In this document: in pieces, positions 25,140-32,000 of the stretch
Position numbering within the stretch: position 1 is the first letter of the stretch
How the letters are laid out: every line of letters begins with the position of its first letter
Source of the DNA: Candidatus Poseidoniaceae archaeon
GTDB taxonomy: Archaea > Thermoplasmatota > Poseidoniia > Poseidoniales > Poseidoniaceae
Assembly (NCBI GenBank): GCA_943789275.1
Contig: CALSTM010000001.1
Span: 240,001-272,000 of the forward strand
Length of the DNA stretch: 32,000 bases
Direction of reading: 5' to 3'
Notes under the pieces: model-generated
What the model was told of the DNA's origin: nothing
What the model saw: only the letters and a program-made list of their open reading frames with translations
Database searches by the model: none
Made by a program: the position numbers and the translations under genes

Positions 25140-26290
25140 GACACGAACAGCGTTCGCTTAGGCGAGAGTTTGAAACCATTGGGGTTCTCGGAGGGTTGAG
25201 TTCAATGACTGTCTCTTTGCCGATGGCAACCGAAATCTTACCAGCAGAAGACGGTGAGGCCGAAGGCTGTGTCCAATGCCAAATGGGAAGTAAACTGGTT
25301 TTGTTTGTCACTGGGAAATGCCATTGGGGTTGCGATTACTGCCCACTCTCAGATAATCGAAGAGAATCACCCGACATGTTTGCCAATGAACGACGATGTT
25401 CAACATGGGATGAAGTCATCGAAGAAGGCCATGCCATGCGGGCAACAGGAACTGGAATCACCGGTGGAGATCCAATGCTGGACATGGAAAAATCGTTGGA
25501 AGCTGTTCAGCAACTCAAGTCTGCTTTTGGTCCTGAGCACCATATTCACCTTTACACTTCGATTCCATTCCAAGTCGAACGAGCAGCAGACTTTGGAGCG
25601 GCTGGCTTGGATGAAATACGCTTTCATCTTCTGGATGGGACGCTTACCAAGTATCTCCCGACGATACAAGCTTGTGCAGATGCCGGAATCCATGTCGGTA
25701 TTGAGTTGCCTTGCGAACCGGACAAGGAAGAACAATTGTTTTTGTTGCTCAAGGCACTTGACACTTCTCCGGTCAAGTTTCTCAATCTCAATGAATTGGA
25801 AATCACGGTTGGGAATCAGGAAAACATGGACGTTCGAGGCTTCAATCTTAGTGGCGGAATAACTGCTGCTGCTGAGGGTTCTGCTGACCTCGCTTTGCGC
25901 TTGAAGGAAGCAGCGAAAGACCTCGACTTCCACCTCAAGTTTTGTTCTGCACGATACAAAGATGCTGGGCAACTTCGAGCACGTTTCAAGCGCAGAGGTC
26001 AGGCAAACCTTCGCCCATACGAAGTCCTGAGCGATGATGATACGATTATGTTCGGTGCGATTCCTACTTCACTTGAAGATGCCAATGATGATGTTGCTGA
26101 GTTGCGTCATGAACTTGGCATTGCTGAAGGTTGGATTCGTTACGACGCACAACATCAGCGAATTGAACTTCCCCTCTCATTAGCCGAAGAATTAGCAGAT
26201 ACTGTCTCTGTTCCCGTTCATCTCATTGAAGTTCATCCAACCCATGACCGTTTAGAAGTAGGAATGGTGCATTTGAACGCGTACCGATGA
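25136..26290 (+). CDS. radical SAM protein, PflA-related uncharacterised archaeal family
   Basis: 384 aa from the ATG at 25136, which overlaps the pdxT stop (ATGA). It has CxxxCxxC ('GKCHWGCDYCPLS') preceded by 'CVQC'. 'TGGDPML' is a SAM-binding-like motif. Confidence 0.82.
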   Translation: MRHEQRSLRREFETIGVLGGLSSMTVSLPMATEILPAEDGEAEGCVQCQMGSKLVLFVTGKCHWGCDYCPLSDNRRESPDMFANERRCSTWDEVIEEGHAMRATGTGITGGDPMLDMEKSLEAVQQLKSAFGPEHHIHLYTSIPFQVERAADFGAAGLDEIRFHLLDGTLTKYLPTIQACADAGIHVGIELPCEPDKEEQLFLLLKALDTSPVKFLNLNELEITVGNQENMDVRGFNLSGGITAAAEGSADLALRLKEAAKDLDFHLKFCSARYKDAGQLRARFKRRGQANLRPYEVLSDDDTIMFGAIPTSLEDANDDVAELRHELGIAEGWIRYDAQHQRIELPLSLAEELADTVSVPVHLIEVHPTHDRLEVGMVHLNAYR

Positions 26291-26305
26291 TACCGCTAAC
26301 GGGAG

Positions 26306-26314
26306 ACTTATAGC
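26306..26314 (+). promoter_or_regulatory. possible TATA-like element for tRNA-Val
   Basis: 'ACTTATAGC' centred about 30 nt upstream of tRNA position 1, the spacing expected for an archaeal promoter. Pattern-based only. Confidence 0.3.
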
Positions 26315-26341
26315 AACGAGTCTTCACGACCGACTATCTTA

Positions 26342-26414
26342 GGGCTCGTGGTCTAGGGGTTATGATGTCGCCTTCACATGGCGAAGATCGAGAGTTCGAT
26401 TCTCTCCGAGCCCA
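26342..26414 (+). tRNA. tRNA-Val (anticodon CAC)
   Basis: Hand-folded 73-nt cloverleaf. Acceptor GGGCTCG/CGAGCCC (7 bp), anticodon stem TCGCC/GGCGA, loop TTCACAT, variable loop AGATC, T-arm GAGAG-TTCGATT-CTCTC, discriminator A, no encoded CCA. The D-stem has one G-U pair and one 13:22 mismatch. Confidence 0.9.
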
Positions 26415-26506
26415 CTCACTTGATTTATGCTCATTTTCCTTGTTTTGAAGGTGTGGTCCTCTTCATTCATGGGCATTGTCCCGCTACCTTGAATAAGCAA
26501 TTTGGC

Positions 26507-28039
26507 ATGAAGTGTTACATGGGCGCGCTCTCTGCTGTGAAAGAGTACGTTATCGGCGTCCCGAATGCAGTTGTTGGGACATTTAAACAAGCAGACTTCG
26601 GTGTCTTTAAGCAAGCAGAAACGTGGAAGGCATTTGCCATTGCTGCAATGATGTTTGTGACCATTTCCTTCGCAGCATTGTCGATGTTTGACAGCATGGA
26701 TGAGATTTTTGAATCGGATGCGGAGCCTGTTCCAATTCCCAATCTCGTTTTTGAATCCCTGAATCGAACGGGTATTGAATCAGTGGTAACAAACGAAACC
26801 GGCTGGTTCAACCTTAGCGACCACCGTGGTGACATCATCATCCTTGACTTCATGGCACACGATTGCAGCAACTGTCACAAGGTGCAAGAACACATTGAGG
26901 AAAACATGGATGGTTGGATGGAAAAGGCCAATGCATCGGGAAAAACTCTCACCATCTTTGGCTACGGTGCTTGGTACGATGAATCGCTCGAATACCTCAA
27001 CGAAACTTCCGGAGGCTATCATGTTCCTGCCTACCCAACAGGGTTAGGCAGCACGAACGCCGCGCAGGTCACCAATAATTCGACAACCGACCCAGTACGC
27101 CTTTTCACCACCGGTGGAACCGGTCAAATTCCAATTGTGATGGTGCTTGATTCTGAGGGCTATATCATTGCCAAAGAAGCCACAGGAACACCCAAAGACA
27201 AATGGTCGAAATTCGACGGTGTCCTCGACAAGGCGCTCACAGGAACCGTTGAAGACACCATGGATTCACGCATTGCTTGGGAAGAACCAGGTACTTCCTA
27301 TGTTGCTGTCTTCGTACTCGGTATGGTCCTCTCTATTCTCGTGTATTTCTCTCCCTGTGCATTCCCAGTGCTACCCGGCTTCATCTCCTACTACCTTTCA
27401 TTGGGCGCTCGAGAGGATGAATTGATTGCAGAAGGGAAACTGAAAACGAAGATGCCCTCTTCATGGGTCATCGGTTTGCTTTCTGGCGTTGGTATGTGGA
27501 CGTTCTTTGGCATCATTGGCATTCTTGCCATCGTCATGGGTGAAGCCTTTGCCGCCTCCGGTTTGATTCATTGGATTGCCATCTTCATTGCCGTACTTTT
27601 GGTCGTATTGGGATGCATGATGTTGATTGGAATCACATCCAAGTTGATGGGCTTTGTTGATGGATTTGTACGTAAATACAGCACGACAGAAGCTGACGAA
27701 ACCTTCACTCCACGACGCAACATGTACCTCTATGGATTTGGATATGCAGCTGCATCCATCGATTGTACAGCAGCAGCAGTTCTCCCCTTCGTTCTCTACT
27801 TGAGCACGCTAGGTAGTTCAGCAATTGGCGTTGGAATTGGAGGCTTGATGCTGGGCTTGTTGGTGCTCATGGTTTTTGTCACCGTAACGGTTGGTATGGG
27901 ACGCCAAGTGATGATTAATTTCCTTCGCCGCTCGACGGGTATGATCAAAATGGTCGGCTCCTGGATGATGATTATGGCAGGAATCAGCCTCACATTGTAC
28001 CTGACCAACTCCCCTTTGGTCGCCGTCGTCTTTGGTTAA
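26507..28039 (+). CDS. fusion of extracytoplasmic thioredoxin-like (TlpA/ResA-type) domain and CcdA/DsbD-type transmembrane electron-transfer domain
   Basis: The track start at 26378 lies inside the tRNA, so the start was moved to the ATG at 26507 (26519 is also possible). It has an N-terminal TM anchor and a Trx-like domain with 'DCSNC' (26864-26875). The CcdA core follows, with 'FSPCAFPVLPGF' and a second Cys in 'SIDCTAAAVLPF', plus about 6 more TM helices. Confidence 0.8.
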   Translation: MKCYMGALSAVKEYVIGVPNAVVGTFKQADFGVFKQAETWKAFAIAAMMFVTISFAALSMFDSMDEIFESDAEPVPIPNLVFESLNRTGIESVVTNETGWFNLSDHRGDIIILDFMAHDCSNCHKVQEHIEENMDGWMEKANASGKTLTIFGYGAWYDESLEYLNETSGGYHVPAYPTGLGSTNAAQVTNNSTTDPVRLFTTGGTGQIPIVMVLDSEGYIIAKEATGTPKDKWSKFDGVLDKALTGTVEDTMDSRIAWEEPGTSYVAVFVLGMVLSILVYFSPCAFPVLPGFISYYLSLGAREDELIAEGKLKTKMPSSWVIGLLSGVGMWTFFGIIGILAIVMGEAFAASGLIHWIAIFIAVLLVVLGCMMLIGITSKLMGFVDGFVRKYSTTEADETFTPRRNMYLYGFGYAAASIDCTAAAVLPFVLYLSTLGSSAIGVGIGGLMLGLLVLMVFVTVTVGMGRQVMINFLRRSTGMIKMVGSWMMIMAGISLTLYLTNSPLVAVVFG

Positions 28040-28794
28040 TCTGCGAGCATAAGCTCGTCGAACTGTTTGTTCCCTTCGTCTGTTTTCAATCGCTCAAGAT
28101 TTGGTTTCATCCAATAGACCCAACCAAGTGCTGTTAGCAACAAAGCAGTAGCAATGTCCCAAATGTAATGCTGTTTGATCACCATGGTTGAAAGAACCAG
28201 AAGTATCCACATGATGAGTAAACAAGCATGGAGAATACGGCGTTTGGATGTCGTTGTAGGATACCAATAACGCAAGATCAAGACCACTTGTGTACTCTGA
28301 ACAATGTGTAAGGAGGGCCATGCGTTCCAGGGTTCATCAGCACCATGTAAAAATTCGTACCAAGGCTCCCAATGGGTTCCTTCAACGCCTACAATCAGGT
28401 GCCGCAAGTCGATTTCCACAGGTAAAAGGATGAAGATCAGATTCACCCACCAACAGGTAATGAGCATCATTTGATGAAACACTAGGTTTTGCTTCCACAT
28501 GGTTTCATTCGCACTTCCGAGCCATGCTGCTGCAGGATAATAGAGGTACAATGTGAGGTAGGGTATAATCATCCAAGCGATGAATGGTACGTCGATGTCA
28601 AGTTGAGTCGTCGGATCAAAGGCAACTAAATCTCTGTAGTTTGCGAGTCGGTTCACGGCGGTATAGGGTATGGCTGCTAAAAAGGTGAGAGCGATGAGAA
28701 TTGCATATGTTATCCGGCGGCCACCGAACGAATCACGGTTCTTCCAGTGTGGTCTCCATATTTTCCATGGTAGAGAGCCCCACTTGAGATGCAT
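28036..28794 (-). CDS. PAP2_3-like (sphingomyelin/IPC-synthase-like) integral membrane phosphotransferase/phosphatase
   Basis: About 252 aa from the ATG at 28794 (the track GTG at 28809 is less likely). Polytopic. 'AWPSLHIVQST' and 'KQHYIWDIA' match the PS(G/L)H and HYxxD motifs of the PAP2 C2/C3 boxes. The stop overlaps the stop of the convergent Trx-CcdA gene. Confidence 0.7.
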   Translation of the reverse strand: MHLKWGSLPWKIWRPHWKNRDSFGGRRITYAILIALTFLAAIPYTAVNRLANYRDLVAFDPTTQLDIDVPFIAWMIIPYLTLYLYYPAAAWLGSANETMWKQNLVFHQMMLITCWWVNLIFILLPVEIDLRHLIVGVEGTHWEPWYEFLHGADEPWNAWPSLHIVQSTQVVLILRYWYPTTTSKRRILHACLLIMWILLVLSTMVIKQHYIWDIATALLLTALGWVYWMKPNLERLKTDEGNKQFDELMLAD

Positions 28795-28817
28795 GGTGCA
28801 CGCTAACACAGATTGAC

Positions 28818-28823
28818 AATAAA
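28818..28823 (-). promoter_or_regulatory. possible TATA box for the PAP2_3-like gene (leaderless or short-leader transcript)
   Basis: The minus strand reads 'AGATTTATTGTC'. TTTATT lies 24-29 nt upstream of the ATG at 28794. Confidence 0.3.
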
Positions 28824-28835
28824 TCTATTTCAGTC

Positions 28836-28848
28836 AAATAAAGAAAAA
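28836..28848 (-). terminator. possible oligo-T archaeal terminator after the SPFH gene
   Basis: The minus strand reads 'TTTTTCTTTATTT', starting 3 nt after the SPFH stop codon. Archaeal RNAP terminates at T-tracts. Confidence 0.3.
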
Positions 28849-28851
28849 GTG

Positions 28852-30060
28852 TCATTGGGCAGCGCCGCAGTGAGGGCAGGCTTTCCAATCAGGCATCAAT
28901 GCCGCACCACATTCCTTACATGAAGCGGCCATTGGTGGGGTCGGTTCAGGCGTTGAATCGCTACCGTCAATGGCTTTCTGTGCGGTTTGCTGGCGAAGGA
29001 ACTCTTGCATCACTTCAGGAGTTAGTGCGCCTTGTGCAGCAGCCATTTCCATCATTTTCATCTGAATATCGTTTTGTTTCTCCATTCGTTGGTCTTGATG
29101 TTCTTGGCTTTGCTGAATTCGGTCTCGCTTCCGTGATTGAACTTGCTCAAACAACTCCATTGCTTGTTCAGTTTTGTGAGATGCTTCCTTCATTCGGAGG
29201 TCTGCCTTGCCTTGGTCTCTGGTTAATTCAGCTTCCCAAACCGCTTCCTGCTTTCGCAGTTCCAATAATTCCGATTCTGCTTGAATGGTCACTTCACCGT
29301 GTTTCTTAGCACGTTCAACATTCACTTCACATTCAATTCGTCGAAGGGTTGCTGCTTCCCGAATAGCGATGCGTTCCATTAAAGCGTCTGCATTCGCACC
29401 TTCAGTTTGAGTCGCCATATCGAGGTCAGCACGTAGTTTTGCAAGCTTCTCTTGGTCTGTTTTGTCGGTCGAAATGTATGCACGAAGGAACGTGAATCCG
29501 AGGTTCGAAAAAGTTTGACGCATTTCGACTTCTGTGTGCATCTCAAGATGCTCTTGGAATTCTGGGCTTCGCAGTTCCTCGGCATTTGAGCAATTCGCCA
29601 TTGCAGGTGCGATGCATCGAGTTCCGATTTCATTGGCGATGAGTCCAACCAAAGCATTTCTGTCGAGAACAGGTGCATTGTTAGCAAAGACATTGAGAAG
29701 TTTCGGAATGTCTTCCTTTCGTAATTGAACTTTGAGATGCATGAGGCCAGTGGCAGTCGAGCCGTCTTTCATGGCCGCATTGAATGGGATTCCCAAGTCA
29801 ACGGGTCCTGTCATGGCAAACAACATACGGCGGTCGGTAGCCGTGCCGCCCATCATGTCCGCAATATGGCGTCCAAGGCCTCCACCGATGTTTCGGACGA
29901 TTTTCTCTGAAACGATGTCGCCAATTCGACCATCGATAATGAATGCACAAGCCTCGTTCGGCTTCAATACCACTTGCCTTGCTTTCCAAGTTTTGATGTC
30001 ATTACCATCGACCAGTCTTGCTACAATGTTTGGATTACTTCGCCATTTAAAATTCGCCAT
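28852..30060 (-). CDS. SPFH/flotillin-like protein with long coiled coil and C-terminal zinc ribbon (YdjI/COG4260-like)
   Basis: About 402 aa from the ATG at 30060; the GTG at 30066 would overlap the upstream stop. 'VVLKPNEACAFIIDGRIGDIV' is an SPFH-type N-terminal beta segment. A ~130-aa E/K/Q/R-rich coiled coil follows. The C-terminus is 'CKECGAALMPDWKACPHCG'. Confidence 0.75.
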   Translation of the reverse strand: MANFKWRSNPNIVARLVDGNDIKTWKARQVVLKPNEACAFIIDGRIGDIVSEKIVRNIGGGLGRHIADMMGGTATDRRMLFAMTGPVDLGIPFNAAMKDGSTATGLMHLKVQLRKEDIPKLLNVFANNAPVLDRNALVGLIANEIGTRCIAPAMANCSNAEELRSPEFQEHLEMHTEVEMRQTFSNLGFTFLRAYISTDKTDQEKLAKLRADLDMATQTEGANADALMERIAIREAATLRRIECEVNVERAKKHGEVTIQAESELLELRKQEAVWEAELTRDQGKADLRMKEASHKTEQAMELFEQVQSRKRDRIQQSQEHQDQRMEKQNDIQMKMMEMAAAQGALTPEVMQEFLRQQTAQKAIDGSDSTPEPTPPMAASCKECGAALMPDWKACPHCGAAQ

Positions 30061-30062
30061 TT

Positions 30063-30602
30063 TCACACCTTCTTCTTTTGTCGTAGTCCATCAAGGACGG
30101 TAGCACGAGCGCTAAAGAAGCCCCTCGAACTTGTCATCATTTGCTCGCATTGGCGGATGAGTGATTTGATCTCTTTTTCTTCTTTACCTGCAGAAAAAGC
30201 GTGCTCCACACTGTTGGAGATGTTCACGCCTTTCGTCATCATTTCGATGACATCGTGGTCATGCTTAATCAGTTTCTTGAGAACTGAGATTGATGCTGAG
30301 TTTTGTCCAGAAAAGAATGCATGAGACATTCCAGTAGGAGATTTGTCCACATCCTCGATGAGCTGGTCGATGCTGTTACAGCATGCTTTGGCAGCTTTAG
30401 CAATGTCAATTTTCTTTTCTCGGAATGCGTTATCATGGACATTAAGTAAATGGTTTCGAGCACGTGTACCGCAACGCTGAATTTCTTCCCGAATGGCAAG
30501 GTCAGCCGCCCGCCTTTTTCCCTTTGTATACCCCTCATATCCTGAAAGTACCATTTGAATACCCCTTACATAGGGGAGCACATCGAGCGGGGTGCCTACC
30601 AT
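30063..30602 (-). CDS. hypothetical all-helical protein, upstream partner of the SPFH gene
   Basis: 179 aa from the ATG at 30602. The track GTG at 30632 would sit on an 'ATAATAAG' TATA-like element at 30633-30641. Predicted helical with no TM and no recognised family. The stop lies 2 nt from the SPFH ATG. Confidence 0.6.
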   Translation of the reverse strand: MVGTPLDVLPYVRGIQMVLSGYEGYTKGKRRAADLAIREEIQRCGTRARNHLLNVHDNAFREKKIDIAKAAKACCNSIDQLIEDVDKSPTGMSHAFFSGQNSASISVLKKLIKHDHDVIEMMTKGVNISNSVEHAFSAGKEEKEIKSLIRQCEQMMTSSRGFFSARATVLDGLRQKKKV

Positions 30603-30674
30603 GTTGACCGTATTGTAATGGTACTGGCCCACTTATTATGCTATCCATGGGTTGCACCGGGTTCCCAAGCAACT

Positions 30675-31307
30675 TCACTCGTTTGAGTGGGTGATGTCGC
30701 CCCACAACAGAACTCTGTCTGCAATTATTTCTGCTTCCTCTGGGTCATGGGTGACGTGGATGGCTGCGGTATTTTTCGTTCGGAGTATATCTCGTGTATC
30801 CGTGGCAAGTTTTCTGCGAGTTCCTAAGTCAAGGGCTGAGAACGGTTCATCGAGAAGGAGCAGTTTTGGTTGGTTTAACAAAGCTCTCACCACGGTGATT
30901 CGTTGTGCTTCACCACCCGAGAGATTCTCTATTTTCCGTGAGGAAAAACCTTCCAGACCGACCAGAGTGAGTTCATCGTGAATGATTCGCTGGCGTTCTT
31001 TACGCGATACTTTTTTGCCAAAACCCAATGCGATGTTTCCTTCAACATCGAGGTGGGGGTAGAGAATCGGTTTTTGAAACACATAGCCGATGGATTGACT
31101 CACATCTTCTGGATACAAGATTTGGCCGCTTTCGACCGATTCTAATCCCGCAATCATCCGCAGTAGGGTGGATTTCCCACAACCGCTGGGCCCGAGTAGG
31201 GCCACGATTTCTCCTGCGTGAACTTGGAAATGGAGACCAGTGAATACTTGAGTCGTTCCGAAACTTTTCGATAATTCTTCAACCTGAAGTATGCAGTTTT
31301 CCTTCAT
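30675..31307 (-). CDS. ABC importer ATP-binding protein (short ThiQ/FbpC/CysA-like, no C-terminal regulatory domain)
   Basis: About 210 aa from the ATG at 31307, which overlaps the permease stop (TGATG). Walker A GPSGCGKST, signature LSGGEAQR, Walker B LLLLDEPFSALD, H-loop HVTHD. Confidence 0.9.
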   Translation of the reverse strand: MKENCILQVEELSKSFGTTQVFTGLHFQVHAGEIVALLGPSGCGKSTLLRMIAGLESVESGQILYPEDVSQSIGYVFQKPILYPHLDVEGNIALGFGKKVSRKERQRIIHDELTLVGLEGFSSRKIENLSGGEAQRITVVRALLNQPKLLLLDEPFSALDLGTRRKLATDTRDILRTKNTAAIHVTHDPEEAEIIADRVLLWGDITHSNE

Positions 31308-32000
31308 CAAAATCCACTCCTATCACTCGATTCGCGAAATCGCTCGGCGATGAGAAACAATCCAAAGGTGAGGCACATCAGCATCGTAGAAGCTGCCATT
31401 GCCGTTGGGTAAACGCTGGGATCAAACATTGGTCTGCCCATGAGTTGGTCAACGACAATGGACAATGTGTCCCACGATCCCGAACGAACCAGCAGCCATG
31501 ATGCACCAAACTCACCAAGTGAGAAGGCAAGGGTCAGGGAACCTGCTACGACAGCGGGACCACGTAGGAACATCAATGTTCCATGGTACCAGGTTTGAAT
31601 TGGAGTGAGGTTTAACAATCGACATTGTTCGGTGTACCTCGGGTCCAATGAACCGTAAGCGGGAAGCATCACGCGTACGACAAAAGGAACGGTGAGGAGG
31701 ACATGTGGATAAACAGGTAAGAAGAACCAATTAAACATCTCGGGATACCATCGCAACCCACCAAGCAGCACTCCCAGACCTACCATCAACGCTGATATGG
31801 CGAGCGGCAGCATGCAAAAGAGATCTAAACTACGAGCTGATTTCTTCCATCCAGCTGAATCAAGTTTGTGAATGGTCGATGCCAGTATCCATCCGAGCGG
31901 TAAGGCAATCAGGAGAGTTGCGATGGCATAACTGATTGAATTCAACATGGCTTCATTTGCTCCCATTGTTGACAGGTCTCCCGTCCAAGCATTTCTCCAG
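31307..32000 (-). CDS. ABC importer permease (binding-protein-dependent type), 5' end outside window
   Basis: The frame stays open from 31966 to the window edge, so the gene is probably partial. It has an EAA-loop-like 'SLGEFGASWLLVRSG' and multiple TM helices. A longer duplicated ThiP/FbpB-like permease is possible. Confidence 0.8.
   Translation of the reverse strand, partial: WRNAWTGDLSTMGANEAMLNSISYAIATLLIALPLGWILASTIHKLDSAGWKKSARSLDLFCMLPLAISALMVGLGVLLGGLRWYPEMFNWFFLPVYPHVLLTVPFVVRVMLPAYGSLDPRYTEQCRLLNLTPIQTWYHGTLMFLRGPAVVAGSLTLAFSLGEFGASWLLVRSGSWDTLSIVVDQLMGRPMFDPSVYPTAMAASTMLMCLTFGLFLIAERFRESSDRSGF

Noticed and set aside
26286-26292. C-box-like 'GATGATA' between the radical SAM gene and tRNA-Val (possible C/D box sRNA)
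   Set aside because: It overlaps the radical SAM stop codon and deviates from RUGAUGA. No D box (CUGA) or terminal stem was found in the 50-nt spacer.
26378-26506. Track start of the 553-aa ORF inside tRNA-Val
   Set aside because: The first 12 codons would be encoded by the tRNA T-arm and acceptor stem. The start was moved to the first ATG downstream (26507 or 26519).
26342-30674. Possibility that the region downstream of tRNA-Val is an integrated island or mobile element
   Set aside because: There is no integrase, transposase or phage-like gene. I did not spot a direct repeat of the tRNA 3' half downstream; the only weak resemblance, 'GAGAGATTCTCT' near 30920, is gapped and lies inside an ABC gene. 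Local GC dips (about 41% in the PAP2 gene) are explainable by hydrophobic codon usage. A proper repeat search could still revisit this.
1-32000. CRISPR arrays, rRNA genes, IS elements, toxin-antitoxin or recognisable defence genes
   Set aside because: Reading both strands showed no spaced direct repeats, no nuclease/helicase/methylase-type defence proteins and no small paired ORFs typical of TA modules. Apart from the unknowns listed, every ORF over 150 aa that I accept has a housekeeping or transport assignment.

Overview
This is a very gene-dense window (about 36 CDS and one tRNA, roughly 93-95% coding, genes on both strands). It looks like the chromosome of a streamlined archaeon. Archaeal hallmarks are archaeosine tRNA-guanine transglycosylase, CTP-type riboflavin kinase, archaeal NMN adenylyltransferase and a DRG/TGS GTPase. 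These sit beside bacterial-type modules: a complete sufCBDSE plus DUF59 cluster, and grpE. This mix and the mid-range GC suggest a planktonic euryarchaeote such as Marine Group II/III, but that is inference only. No transposase, integrase, CRISPR array, rRNA or obvious prophage was seen, and most content is housekeeping. All family calls rest on motifs I read in the translations; no searches were run. The stretches most worth a second look are: (1) a five-gene cassette at 6081-11719 with overlapping stop/start codons, made of two paralogous ABC-2 ATPase/permease pairs and a Trp-rich AttH/CrtC-like protein, where one permease carries a thrombospondin-type-3-like Ca-binding loop. (2) An unusually long ArcTGT (754 aa) that seems to lack all four canonical Zn ligands and has a ~180-aa central extension. 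(3) pdxT, without pdxS, overlapping by 4 nt an uncharacterised PflA-related radical SAM gene. (4) An SPFH/flotillin-like protein with a zinc ribbon, paired with an unknown all-helical protein, inside a tRNA-Val-adjacent envelope cluster (Trx-CcdA fusion, PAP2_3-like protein). (5) An unknown acidic protein overlapping an orphan grpE, followed by a tiny Lys/Ala-rich protein. Several ORF-track starts were trimmed where they ran into a tRNA or a neighbouring gene.
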